From a virus, in the IMG/VR virus record IMGVR_UViG_3300046787_000675, positions 32,001 through 96,000 of that record: a stretch of 64,000 bases of DNA, one strand, 5' to 3'. Positions 40,744-51,952 of this stretch are shown here, one piece after another (within the stretch, counting starts at the first letter, position 1; every line of letters begins with the position of its first letter). The position numbers were made by a program, and so were the translations under genes. The notes under the pieces were generated by a model, which was given only the letters and a program-made list of their open reading frames with translations, did not search any database and was not told the DNA's origin.

Positions 40744-41823
40744 TTACTGCTCATTTTTGATCCTTGTATTTAACCATTCGGTCATTTCTTTTTTAGTTTC
40801 TTCATAGTTATGTATTGTTTCATTAGCATAGTGTTCAACTAATTCCTGCAATACTTTTTCAAATAGACATAGATTATCCATATGGATAAGCTGAGTATCG
40901 TCTGACGGGTCTGGGTTATCTATACCGGGTAATTGTAATCCGCTTATAGTTCGATTAATAGCATTAAAAGAACATGTGAATAAATCACCATTATCCCCAT
41001 GATAAATATGTAACATAAGAGATGCAGAACAAAGTAATTTACCTTGAGCTAATGCCATGGTTAATTCTTTGGACTGTGTTGGTCTATTCTCTGTTACTTT
41101 TATCTCTTTTCCGGATGTAGTCGAATTATCATCTGCTTTCACAGCTAAAGGTCCGTCTACAGCTGCAACAATAGTGAAATTAGTTGTTTTGATATATCGG
41201 TCGGTCTCTGCCCGGAATAATAACCATGTCAGCATCTCTGCCTCAATACCCTGATGTGATGCTTCGTCTGTATCTACAAGGCTTATTTTATTGTAAGCTT
41301 CGTTGTAAGACGTAAAGAAAAACATATTATCAAAAGATTCACTCAATAAATAAGAAACACTATCTGCTGTCTTTTCTGATGTAGTACAGATAAAGGCTTC
41401 TCCTCTCGAAGGAAATAAAAGCACAGTTACTGTTTTTACTTTTACAGGGGCATCTTTCTCTAATGTTTCTCTTACAGACTCTTTTATCTGTTTTAATTTA
41501 CTCTTAGATACATAAGATACATTGAATTCTTTTTTGAATCCTTCTTCTTGACGTTTAACTAATGCATCCATAGTCCCTTTATCAATCTGTTTTTCTACTG
41601 AGACAAACAGAAAGTTCAAACATCCGCCTATTTCTGTTTTGTCCTCTGTAAATTCGACATCACCAGGGAATGATGCAGACCATCCGCAACCTTCTTTTGT
41701 GATATCTTCTTTTCCGTGTTTTTTTAGTGCCTCGATTATACTTTCAGTATCAGTATATGAGGGAGTCCATCTATAATGGCTGTATCCTATTTTAGGGTAC
41801 TTGTCTTGTGTTTTCTTTCTCAT
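40744..41823 (-). CDS. RdgC-like recombination-associated protein
   Basis: GW...EKQID...KLKQIKESVRETL...EMLTWLLFR...ALAQGK pattern. Confidence 0.6.
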   Translation of the reverse strand: MRKKTQDKYPKIGYSHYRWTPSYTDTESIIEALKKHGKEDITKEGCGWSASFPGDVEFTEDKTEIGGCLNFLFVSVEKQIDKGTMDALVKRQEEGFKKEFNVSYVSKSKLKQIKESVRETLEKDAPVKVKTVTVLLFPSRGEAFICTTSEKTADSVSYLLSESFDNMFFFTSYNEAYNKISLVDTDEASHQGIEAEMLTWLLFRAETDRYIKTTNFTIVAAVDGPLAVKADDNSTTSGKEIKVTENRPTQSKELTMALAQGKLLCSASLMLHIYHGDNGDLFTCSFNAINRTISGLQLPGIDNPDPSDDTQLIHMDNLCLFEKVLQELVEHYANETIHNYEETKKEMTEWLNTRIKNEQ

Positions 41824-42201
41824 GTTTACTCACTTTTTTGTTTTTGACCATATTACGTGCATATACACCGTAAATACAAGCAACGGATAAAAAATAAAGA
41901 AAGCAAGTATATGTAACACAATGAATAAATAATTGACCATGTTTTTTTTACTTTCTTTATGCTTTTTATTTTTATAGTTGGATAAGATGACCATCTACTT
42001 TGATGGTATCTTTTTTATCACTGTCGAAGTCATCATAACTTATAGCTTTTACGGGTTTAAAATTCGTAATATTAAAAAATTGCTGGGTAAATTTTACTCC
42101 GTACTCTTTTTTAAATTTTTCCATTTTTATAATCCGTTTGTCAGTTATATCGGGAACTTCTTTCCAATCTATCATATTTTTTACCTTTCTTTATGTTAAA
42201 T

Positions 42202-42232
42202 AAAAAACCAGCAGTTTTTACATTGCTGGTTT
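42202..42232 (-). terminator. Intrinsic terminator
   Basis: AAACCAGCA...TGCTGGTTT followed by a U-run on the minus strand. Confidence 0.65.
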
Positions 42233-42236
42233 GTTG

Positions 42237-42821
42237 TTATATAGTATCTACAAAGATATTACCTATTTTTGTAGTTACAGCTGCATATAGAATAGAGATG
42301 CTTAAAGTAGCACATTGCCAGGCTTCTGGGGTTGTTGTTGACAATATCCATCGTTTATTATATCTATCGTAAACAACGTAATAATGCTCTTTATCAGAAT
42401 CCTCGACTATATCGCCATCGTACAACTCCTGTCCTTTCTTATCTCGTGCAAAGGAATTCTCCATAACAATAAACATGTTATCTAGTGGCATTATAAAATA
42501 ATACACACCGGCTATTACTGCTGTTTCGAATGAATGCCAGGAAGATGTATCTTCTCCTGCAGATGCAGGGATCAAAACTTTGTTACCCGATAATAACACC
42601 CCGTAATCCATTTTCTTATATTCCTTATCCCATAACCTGTATACAGCTACTCGATGAGGCATATATGCAGGTGTTTCCGGGAAAGGAAGATTATCTAAGT
42701 TTTCTTTTTTATACTTAGCGTAGTCATTTATAAGAGCATTAAATACAGGAGTGTTTTTTATCTTAGGTACATGAGCTGCGTGTACAATATCTTGTACTTT
42801 TTTACTCGTTGTACTAATCAT
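42237..42821 (-). CDS. YopX-like protein
   Basis: YRLWDKE...DKKGQELYDGDIV...IGNIF. Confidence 0.65.
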   Translation of the reverse strand: MISTTSKKVQDIVHAAHVPKIKNTPVFNALINDYAKYKKENLDNLPFPETPAYMPHRVAVYRLWDKEYKKMDYGVLLSGNKVLIPASAGEDTSSWHSFETAVIAGVYYFIMPLDNMFIVMENSFARDKKGQELYDGDIVEDSDKEHYYVVYDRYNKRWILSTTTPEAWQCATLSISILYAAVTTKIGNIFVDTI

Positions 42822-43958
42822 TGCGAATACGTCTTCGTTTTTATTTTACAGTAACAAGATCTTCTGTTTTACATGAAGAGTATTCATCTAGTTTAGTAGG
42901 GAGATCAACAAACTTTAAAACACAAGTATCCTGAGGTTTGGTTTTTTCTGCTTTTACAACAGTCTCTGTTATAAAACTTACTTCCCATCCTTTTGTTCCT
43001 AGAATCGCGGTAAGAACAGATGCATAGAAAGCATATTGGACCTTCAATGTCTCCAGATATTCTTCTGATGTCGCTTTTAAAGAAACATAGATACTTAATT
43101 TATCGTCTTTCACATAATGGTGAATACAATCTACGATCATAGCTATAACACACGATTTTACTTCTGCAATATTAACTGTGTGTATAGTTACACCGTTACC
43201 CTCTTTTAATGCAGGCAAAGAATTAATTAGATTCTGTAACTGGTCGATGTTGTCTGCGGGTTCCCAGAGCTCTGTTTTATTATCTTTTGTACCTACGTCC
43301 GTTACATACGAATAACTACTCCAGGCTCGAATATTTTTACCGTAGTAGGATCCAATATTATCTGTTTGTTGTAATATCATGAGCTGTTCCGGATATAGTT
43401 TTTCACCTTTAACGTAAGCAGCTAAAGATGCCTCGTATTGGCTTTGTGTAGGGAGTTTATCTTCACTGTTTCCTAATACACGTAATAAACGCACGACTAG
43501 TTCGTGACCTAGAGATACAAAGCCTTTAGCTCCGTTTCTATATAATTCAGATAATTTTGTAGATCCATTGATATTCCACAACATTTCCCCTACTGCATCT
43601 ATGGCTGTCTGTTTAGACAGAGCTACACTCAATAAGCCATTTGTTGAATTTATTTTAATCATTCCAGTTCCTTTTCTACTTTGTGTAAGCCGGTCTTTAA
43701 TTTTTTAATTTTTGATGCGGTATACACTTTATTGTTTGTGATTATAGGTATATACCCTATATGTTTGTTCAACATAGGTATATCTATTTTTTCTGCTCGA
43801 ATATAAAACGATGTTATAGTTGTTTCCGGATTATGTATTCCCCCTTCGGCTAATTGTTGTCGGAAAGAAGTGTCATCGGATAATGGATATAACTTTTTAC
43901 TTATCTCTACAAAGCTATTTACATAAGGTAGTTTATTAGTAGTCATGCTCTGTACCTC

Positions 43959-44660
43959 CTAATGTAACGGGTAAGAAATAATTTTATGTTTTGTACTCCA
44001 GCACTCTCGGCAATCCCCGCATACTCCTCCCTGTGTATAGGCCTTACATTCCTGTACGCCTTCTACATTTACTCCGGAGAAAAGTAAGTTAGGTATTCGT
44101 TGAAAATAAGAATACTGCTCTCTAGGATCTTTTCCAATAGTTGTAGCAGATAATCTTATTGTTAAATTCGACGGAATTGTATTACCGGAAGCTAAAAAAG
44201 CCTTAAGTATATTTACCTCTCGTGTAGGCAGCCAATGTCTTACTGTCGGCGTATTTCTAACCACAGACACTATCTTATACAAATGCTGAATACTTTGTAG
44301 GTCACCGGAATCATGCCATCTAAATACAGAGGTATCTTTACCCCTGGGGTTGTTTTTCTTGAAATTTATAAGAAAAGACATAGCAAATACCCAATAAGGC
44401 TTACTAATCGAAATTAGGCGCTTTTTATGGGCATTTACAGTGTTATCAAATACATACCTGCCTTTTAATGCATAGCATTTTGAACACACGCTGTTTTTTA
44501 CTTTCCTTAATTTACTTCCGGTTATGCAGTTTTTTGCTGATATTCCATAACCGTAACCCGGCATCTTAGATGGCTTAGATAAGCCTCCGACATATTCCCA
44601 TGCCGATTTTAGGTTTATGGTTTCCAGATCTAATTCTGTTTGTGTTTGTACTTCTATCAT
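43959..44660 (-). CDS. Gp88-family protein
   Basis: LSKPSKMPG, C--GSKL, CSKCYALKGRY, FRWHDSGDL, HWLPTRE, CGDCRECW. Confidence 0.8.
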   Translation of the reverse strand: MIEVQTQTELDLETINLKSAWEYVGGLSKPSKMPGYGYGISAKNCITGSKLRKVKNSVCSKCYALKGRYVFDNTVNAHKKRLISISKPYWVFAMSFLINFKKNNPRGKDTSVFRWHDSGDLQSIQHLYKIVSVVRNTPTVRHWLPTREVNILKAFLASGNTIPSNLTIRLSATTIGKDPREQYSYFQRIPNLLFSGVNVEGVQECKAYTQGGVCGDCRECWSTKHKIISYPLH

Positions 44661-45899
44661 GTTCTTTTATCATATTACATATTTCCTTTTCTTTATGTTT
44701 ATTCTTTTTTATAATAACGCTTTTAGAGTCCCGTCGGACATATAACCCGGGAAAAAACTAAATTTTCCCGGGCTACAGTTTTATCTAGATATACGTGCCA
44801 GCACCGATGTAGATAAGGTCATACTCAAATGCATCGGAAGAACATGTGTTCTATCTTTTTTATATCTATCAATAATTTTTTTATTGCGTTCAGGCAATAA
44901 ATCGATTTCATTTTTTAGTTCCCATTTATAAGGTAGAGTTATTTCGTTTTTCATAATTTTTTTCCTTATTTTGTAAAAAGTAAAATTAAAAAAACCAACA
45001 GCGCTGCAAGCGCTAAATATCCCATGTAATAAAATGAGAATCCGAAGAGAAAACAAAGATATAGCTTTGTCATTTTGTATCCTTTAATTTATGCGCCTTT
45101 CGGCATTTTTTATTAATAGCAGTTTTTATGCTGTCGGAGACAACATAGACTGTAACTTTTCGGCTGCCTCATTACGCGAATCAAATGCTTCACTTACTAA
45201 GACATACGCTCTTTGTTTCCACCCCATAACCCGGAGGCGTTTTATGTCTTCTGCTTTATACACAGATTCTAACATAGATCTATGTACTGCAGCGGCAATA
45301 ATCCACCATTTCCCTTTATTACTCCATAGTTTGAGTTTTATATTGTTGGTAGGTTTAGGGGGCTCAGAAACTACAACAGCATTTTGTAGGTTTATTTTCT
45401 CTGGGGGATTTTTTAGTACGCCTTCTTTTAAGGTCGCAAATACAATTACCTCACCTTCAACTTCTACACCTACATAGAAATTACCCTCTGCTGATGGTCT
45501 GTAGTACTTCCAGTTATCTTTGACAACGGAAGCGACTTCCAGTGCTGCTTTGTAATCTTTGACTTCCAGACTTTCATCAAGAAGTCCGTAAACAAGGGCT
45601 TTCGCCTTATACTCTTGGGGGAGTATTTCCTTTAGTTTACTTACATATTGTTTAGGATTACTGCGGAAATTTAAACAAATTTCCTGTAGTTCTTTGATGT
45701 ATTTGGACATGTTAGTTCCTTTTTATTATATTACTTCGTTAAGGTGAAGTATTACCTGCAGCGCCTCTTACAAGTTGAAGACGACATCTGCGAAGCCGAT
45801 TTTATATTATCTATAACAAGTGCATTAGATTTACATCTAGTGCACTTGGTAGGTGTTTTATTTACATACTCATAATTTTTACATTTAGAGCATGTATAT

Positions 45900-47195
45900 C
45901 TATAAAGTGCACTCATTTGAAAACTTCCTGCATAAGTATTCTAATCCTTTAGCTTTTATCGTATGTTTATCCTGCCAGAAATCATCATTCTCCACTACAT
46001 TTGCAATATAACGAACTAAGTCAGGCATAGGTGCAGAACTGCGTGTTAAATATTTATCTAGCAAAGAACAAATATATGCTTCCGGTTTTTTAATGGAAGA
46101 CGGCATTATTATCTTTTTACCGGTATATGTCTCCATATACCATATAAAGACATCAGACCGCGTTGTATACTTAGATAAAGCATTGACATCCTTTACAGTG
46201 TTAAGATATCGATTGGCGAGATAAGAATACGAAAGTTTGGTGTCTTTATTTCTGTCTAGGAAATTCTGTATAACTAAAGCAAAGATCTTATGTGCATTCT
46301 GCTCAATTAATTCACTGGAATTACCAAACTCTGAATATATAACCTGGGAAAGGTAATTATCTGTACTGTTTACCAGATATTCAAGAAGAGTATTATAGAT
46401 TTTTCCATCTACCGATATTTCTACAGGAGTCGAAATCATTTCCCTAGCAATTTGACTTAATTTTTCTCGTTGCGAGGATGTGTTAACATCTATAAAAAAT
46501 TTAGGTCTTGGAATCGTTTTCGATTCTACTCTTTTTTCTTTTTTAAGAATAATAGACTCTTTTTTAATTTTACTTGTAGCAGTTTTCTTGTTGCTATCGC
46601 AACAGATAGTAGTTACAGGTTCTTGTTCGGTACAGTTATTACGTGCATTTACAGGTGAATCTACTGTAACTGGATACTCTATATGTAATCCCTGCGGTAG
46701 GGTCTCTACAAAGGGTTTACTATATAGAGTAAGAGTGCGGACATTTTTGTCCTCACTAGATAGGACATTTGTGTCCTCACTAGATAGGACATTTTTGTCC
46801 GCAGTAAATTTTTTTTCTAAATTATTATCAACTAGTGCATTAGATAAATTATTTAAATAAGGTAACATGAACTTATAACAATGAAAAATATAACTGTTTG
46901 TCAGTCCTGCATACCCTTTTCTTCTCTGTCGATTGATTAGTTTTTTGGTACATAATTCCTGCACACATCTTCGTACAGTCCGCTGTGTTTTGTTTGTCAG
47001 TATACTTAATTTATTTATCGACGGGTAGCAGTTACCCAACGAGTCTATATTTTTCTGCAAGGCAGAGTAAACAAGTATTGTCGTCGACGATAATTTTAAT
47101 TCCGGATGCAGTAACCATTCAGGAAATTTATATTCTCGGAATTCTTTAGAGGGGTTTATATCGCCAGTGTATTCTTTTTTATCTGTGATATTCAT
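45900..47195 (-). CDS. Winged-HTH replication initiator-like protein
   Basis: CYPSINKLS...RTVRRCVQEL...TNSY HTH, followed by a repeated DKNVLSSE linker. Confidence 0.7.
   Translation of the reverse strand: MNITDKKEYTGDINPSKEFREYKFPEWLLHPELKLSSTTILVYSALQKNIDSLGNCYPSINKLSILTNKTQRTVRRCVQELCTKKLINRQRRKGYAGLTNSYIFHCYKFMLPYLNNLSNALVDNNLEKKFTADKNVLSSEDTNVLSSEDKNVRTLTLYSKPFVETLPQGLHIEYPVTVDSPVNARNNCTEQEPVTTICCDSNKKTATSKIKKESIILKKEKRVESKTIPRPKFFIDVNTSSQREKLSQIAREMISTPVEISVDGKIYNTLLEYLVNSTDNYLSQVIYSEFGNSSELIEQNAHKIFALVIQNFLDRNKDTKLSYSYLANRYLNTVKDVNALSKYTTRSDVFIWYMETYTGKKIIMPSSIKKPEAYICSLLDKYLTRSSAPMPDLVRYIANVVENDDFWQDKHTIKAKGLEYLCRKFSNECTL
46739..46800. repeat. Three palindromic GGACA-N4-TGTCC boxes with 24-bp period (iteron-like)
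   Basis: Boxes at 46739-46752, 46763-46776 and 46787-46800 with identical spacer TCACTAGATA; adjacent AT-rich tract. Confidence 0.85.
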
Positions 47196-47201
47196 ATTTA
47201 C

Positions 47202-47813
47202 CTATTGCTTATTCAATTTCGATTCCAGGTAACTGTTTTTTGAACCTTTACCTAAAATTCGTTCTTGTTTTTTTATCTTTTCCTGTTTTCTATTTTCTCG
47301 TCTCTCTTTAAATAGATCAGACGCTGTATAGAAAGGATCCCATAGATATGTTTCTAGGCAGTTATTTTCGTATGCTTTATATGCCGCTAATAACGTTCCT
47401 AAAGCCTGCCAGCAATGTGTTGTTATACCTTTTAACTCAATACTATCTTTGCCGTATATTTTTATTACAGCTTGACGTATTGCAGCGTCATTGCCGGCAC
47501 CGCTATTAAGTAATAATTTTCTAACATTTAAACGCGATATACCTATAGGTGCTTTACCGACATTCTCAATAGATGACCAGAACCTGCCCACCCAAAAAGT
47601 AGTATCCAGCACCTCTTGTCCTACAGATCCATATGCCACTATAGATTCAAATACGACTGTAGAAGCATTGTTGTCTTTTAATACGGTCAACATCTCATCG
47701 TTTTTAATTTGCGTTGACCATAATACTTTTGGAGGGTTATACGCTGTATCTACACAAACTGCTGCACTTTTAAAACAGCCGGCATCCACACCTATAAGTA
47801 TCGCGTTTTTCAT
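47202..47813 (-). CDS. RuvC-like Holliday junction resolvase
   Basis: IGVDAG, VVFE, GRF, NDAAIR, HCWQAL. Confidence 0.65.
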   Translation of the reverse strand: MKNAILIGVDAGCFKSAAVCVDTAYNPPKVLWSTQIKNDEMLTVLKDNNASTVVFESIVAYGSVGQEVLDTTFWVGRFWSSIENVGKAPIGISRLNVRKLLLNSGAGNDAAIRQAVIKIYGKDSIELKGITTHCWQALGTLLAAYKAYENNCLETYLWDPFYTASDLFKERRENRKQEKIKKQERILGKGSKNSYLESKLNKQ

Positions 47814-47817
47814 ATTA

Positions 47818-48921
47818 TTATGTCAACATGTTATTGATTGCAGCTTTTGCCTTTTCCAACTTTGCGCACACGTCTTCGTAATCTTTTACAGGTACGCCGC
47901 GAGGAATCTTGGCAATGCAGCTGTCTAGCATAGCAAGATAACCGTCTTGACATGCAGCCAACATTTTTAATTTCTCCTGTACAGTAGCTACATCAAGTAA
48001 TTCATAAGGAGCAGGAACACACACCCACCCTTTTTCGATTAATTTATTTGCAGAGTTTATTTCTGCTTTTGACGGAGGATTTTTTGTATCGAAAACAGGC
48101 GTTATTTTAATTTGCCCTGTGCTGTCTTTTGTTATTTCCGGAGAACAAACTGCTTCCATTACACGAGAAACTTTTTCCTTTAGTGTACTTTCTTCCTGTG
48201 TACTCTCTTCTTGTGTACTCTCTTCGAGAAGAGTATCTTCCTCTTCTGTATAGATAAGATCCTCTTTTAATGCATTTTTTGGCGGAGGGGCTGCAGGTTC
48301 CATATCCATATCTGGAAGTATCATTACCGGAGGAGGTAGCATTTCTTCTTTTCTAGTTTCGCCTCTGACTCTTCTTGCTGTTTCCATTTTTTGTTCCTTT
48401 GTTTGTTTTGTTTTGAATATTTCTTTTATTTGGAGATAATCCTCTTTTACCAGCTTTACAGGGCTAACTGCTAATACTCGATAATCATCGTTTATTAGTA
48501 TGTCCATTTTGAAATCTGATATTATTCGACTATCTACATTGATACGATCTAGATCCCCTAATATATGGAAGGTAGGGATAACTTTTACAGGGAGTGTGTG
48601 TTTCTCGAACCGGATATTTGATTTACTGTACAGGAAGCAACCTTCGAGCGCAGTACTTTCCAGTAAAACACTATACAGTTTAGAAGGATTAATTATTTTT
48701 AGAGATGTCTCTATTCCTTCTGTATCTGCGTCAATTTCTCTGTAAACATACAACTCTATGTTATATTTCTTATCATCCGTTTCTACGGGTAATAATATTT
48801 TAAAAATACCTACCAAACTATTTTTATGGAAATCAAGATATACATCTTTAACTCGCTTGTCTACCTTAACTATTTTTAGAAATCTTGTCAAGGCAGGCAA
48901 ATCAAATTTACAGTACTTCAT
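47818..48921 (-). CDS. Hypothetical protein with EEST(Q) repeats
   Basis: 367-aa ORF. Confidence 0.6.
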   Translation of the reverse strand: MKYCKFDLPALTRFLKIVKVDKRVKDVYLDFHKNSLVGIFKILLPVETDDKKYNIELYVYREIDADTEGIETSLKIINPSKLYSVLLESTALEGCFLYSKSNIRFEKHTLPVKVIPTFHILGDLDRINVDSRIISDFKMDILINDDYRVLAVSPVKLVKEDYLQIKEIFKTKQTKEQKMETARRVRGETRKEEMLPPPVMILPDMDMEPAAPPPKNALKEDLIYTEEEDTLLEESTQEESTQEESTLKEKVSRVMEAVCSPEITKDSTGQIKITPVFDTKNPPSKAEINSANKLIEKGWVCVPAPYELLDVATVQEKLKMLAACQDGYLAMLDSCIAKIPRGVPVKDYEDVCAKLEKAKAAINNMLT

Positions 48922-49629
48922 TTACAATTGTAAGTTATTCCAGATAATATTACTTTACTTATAGAGGACGTGAACCATTCACCAATGATATCTATTTCAG
49001 CAGCTATTACGCCTTTACCGTAAAAATGTTCAAACGGATAAGCCACCTTTCCGTTAAGCATTTTTTCTTTTATTTTATCCGCGATTTCCATTCCTGCTGC
49101 TTGTATATCGGAATTCTCAAGATCCGCCCCTTGTTCCTGTAGCCAGGTACAGGTACTACCTGTTCCCCTTACAAGTAAATTAGTTTTTGTGTCTTCTCGA
49201 ACTAAAAATAATTTAGGGGATTTTTGTTTTATAGCGAACTCTTTTATATCTTCCTCTTCCCGGAGTAACGACAATAGATCTAAGGCACTTTTATCGCCAG
49301 CGCGTTTAACCATTAATTGATTACCGTTCCTGCCTAATTCCAATTTTTTGCAGATTCCTGCTGTAACGAAGCTTTCATCTTCATATATAAACTCCAAAGG
49401 AAGTATATGTCCTTTTCGCCTTCCGGACGTTATCTTGATTATGTTCTTTGTAGCATAAAGAAGTTCTGACCCGCCGGATAAACCTTGTCGTATAATACAA
49501 GGTGATACACGTCTATACACAAATTCATTATTCTCAAATCGAACTATATTAAGGAATAGTAGATCTCCCCGGATATATTTATTTATTTCATCGTTGTATA
49601 TACCCGACCAACAACAATAGGTTTTATCT

Positions 49630-50613
49630 CTAGAAAGATTCGTCTTGAGATGGTCTAGCATCTCTGTTATTTCTTTTTTCATAAGTATCCTTATATCTAC
49701 CTGCCTTCATACAGAAGAAGCAGACTTTTTTATTATCTTCCCGGAATAAACCAGTATGTCCATGTACACAATTTTCTGTTAAGTTAAATGTCTTATCTAT
49801 GCGAGATAAAGCACAGTAGTCTCTTCCGATAGGACAGGCTGTGCATTTTTTATTTTTAAAAGGAGGGTAGATCCCAGAGCATCCTTTTAATCTTTCTTTA
49901 TTTACTGTTTTGTTGCGTTCTTTCTGGGAATTAGATGTATGAATATCTTCCATGTTGATACCATTAAAGGAAGGCTGCAGAATGGCTGTAAAACACATTC
50001 CTCCTAGATCTTCATCTTCATATTCTTCGTATCTAGGTATCCCTATATCGCGGAGAATGTGTTGAATATATGCTCCGCTTCTTACCATGGTAAATACCAT
50101 TCCAGCCGAAGGCCCGGCTAAAGACAGTAAAGAAAGTAAATGCTTTCTACCTTCCACAGGAAGACGGAGACACTCCTTAACATATAATGGTGCCCAGAGA
50201 TTTGTTTTTCTATCCCATACAATACAGTTTTTAGAATTTATCTCGTGAATATTGCCCGAAATCTTGTATGCCACTTCTTTTATTATGTCAGAGGTATAAC
50301 GCTCAGAAGTATAAGAAGATAAAATACCTATTACAGTTTCCTCTTGATACTTCTTTACGTCATTTATTTCGTCCTCGGCATCTTCATAACGCTCATCCTC
50401 TTCCGTAAAAGGGTTATTAAGCTTATTAGATTTTCTAAGTATAGTGTCGCATATAAATTTAGCAATCTCAAGTAGTGTTTTTCCTACTACATAATCATCC
50501 TGTACACAAAAGACATTTTTAAATACATTTTCAACATCCACCCTTTTTTGTTTTAACTGGTTAATGTTATATTCTGGGTGCTTATTTATATCGAAATGTA
50601 TGTTATTCTTCAT
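49630..50613 (-). CDS. Hypothetical protein with Cys-rich C-terminus
   Basis: C...CTAC...C...CVHGH...CFFC. Confidence 0.6.
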   Translation of the reverse strand: MKNNIHFDINKHPEYNINQLKQKRVDVENVFKNVFCVQDDYVVGKTLLEIAKFICDTILRKSNKLNNPFTEEDERYEDAEDEINDVKKYQEETVIGILSSYTSERYTSDIIKEVAYKISGNIHEINSKNCIVWDRKTNLWAPLYVKECLRLPVEGRKHLLSLLSLAGPSAGMVFTMVRSGAYIQHILRDIGIPRYEEYEDEDLGGMCFTAILQPSFNGINMEDIHTSNSQKERNKTVNKERLKGCSGIYPPFKNKKCTACPIGRDYCALSRIDKTFNLTENCVHGHTGLFREDNKKVCFFCMKAGRYKDTYEKRNNRDARPSQDESF

Positions 50614-51433
50614 ACCTTATACGATCTACTAATTTTTTGTATTGGGTATACATCAAATTTTCTATCCCTTTAATATCTGTACTGTTCTTCAAGGCATCTA
50701 GACTTGATATAAGCCTATCTGCATTTTCAGCTATTTCTTTGACAGATATACACAAGGTATTGAATTGATCGTCGTTTACAACCTTTTCATCGCTGGATAA
50801 ACCTACCATAGTATTTATATGTTTAGCCAACTCTATCAGTTCTTTATTGATTGTATTTAACTGGTTGTTGGTACTTTCAATTTTTTTCTCTGCCTCATTT
50901 ATTTTTGTAGATAGCAGAGCGAAGAACCCTACAGGGTGTTTCGGGGTTATACGTGCGGGTTGTTCATTTAAAGGTTCCTGTTTTCTAACAGGTGTAGATG
51001 TTACCTTTTTCACCAGGTTCTCTGTTTCCCGGACAGACATCTTTTTATCCAACACCTCTTCGATAACTTTTATCCTTTGTTCGTCATTGGATATTTTATT
51101 TATCGAGCGAATCTGACTCCATTCAATACCTTTAGAGATGTACTCCAGCATTGCGTCATGATCTGGGCACCGGGTATAGGCTCTGTGTGCTTCCTCGACC
51201 ATTCTCTTAGATATTTTTTGTCCGGCATTAGTTAGTGCTTCCGCCACTCTATCTGTTATAGCTGTACCGTAGACACCTTCTCTTTTCTGCATCTCACCTA
51301 CGATTCTGCCTATTTGCCAATACCCGTATGCAGCCTGGTACCGAATCATTGTATGGATGTCGCATATTAGTTTTGATGCGTCCTCGAAATTATTCGGGAT
51401 CTTTACATCCTTTAAATTGATTAAATCATTCAC
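50603..51433 (-). CDS. DUF1016-N/ParB-HTH-like DNA-binding protein with coiled coil
   Basis: YWQIGRIV...YG...WSQIR...MSVRETENLVK. Confidence 0.5.
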   Translation of the reverse strand: MNDLINLKDVKIPNNFEDASKLICDIHTMIRYQAAYGYWQIGRIVGEMQKREGVYGTAITDRVAEALTNAGQKISKRMVEEAHRAYTRCPDHDAMLEYISKGIEWSQIRSINKISNDEQRIKVIEEVLDKKMSVRETENLVKKVTSTPVRKQEPLNEQPARITPKHPVGFFALLSTKINEAEKKIESTNNQLNTINKELIELAKHINTMVGLSSDEKVVNDDQFNTLCISVKEIAENADRLISSLDALKNSTDIKGIENLMYTQYKKLVDRIRYEE

Positions 51434-51952
51434 TTTGCATTTCCTTTATGTATACATCTAAGGTGTATATAAAAACATTATTACTATTTTGCGTAGGGAT
51501 TAAAATCCTCGGTATAAGAAATAATGTTTTTCCTCTATGTTGTCCATTATCGTTAGCTAAAACAAAGTATTCTTTGTAGCCTTTTATTTTAAACAAAATT
51601 ATAGGTAGTCCGTCACACTCCTCCCAGACATCAAGTAAAAACTTCCATAGCGGTGTTTTTATAATGTCCTTAGTTAGGATGTTACCTATACTTTTAACTA
51701 AAGAAGGATATACCCGCACACGATTTAAACCGTTTTTAGGGAATATCTCTTTAAGTTCTTTTACGAAGTCGTTCTTTAGATTTTCAACTTCGTACATCCG
51801 ATCTTTTACCTGTTTAGCGGTTAATCCGAAAGCAGGAGCAATAAGAGGATACGCCTTTAATATCGACGAATCCTCTTTATGTTTTTTAGTCTCTGCTTTG
51901 GTTTTTTCGACCGCTAAACTCATCATTTCTTGAGGAGTTAGAGGTCTATCCA

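Noticed and set aside
45715-45900. Possible tRNA or riboswitch in the intergenic gap
   Set aside because: There is only an imperfect hairpin (about 45818-45848) and weak stems, with no cloverleaf or recognisable aptamer.
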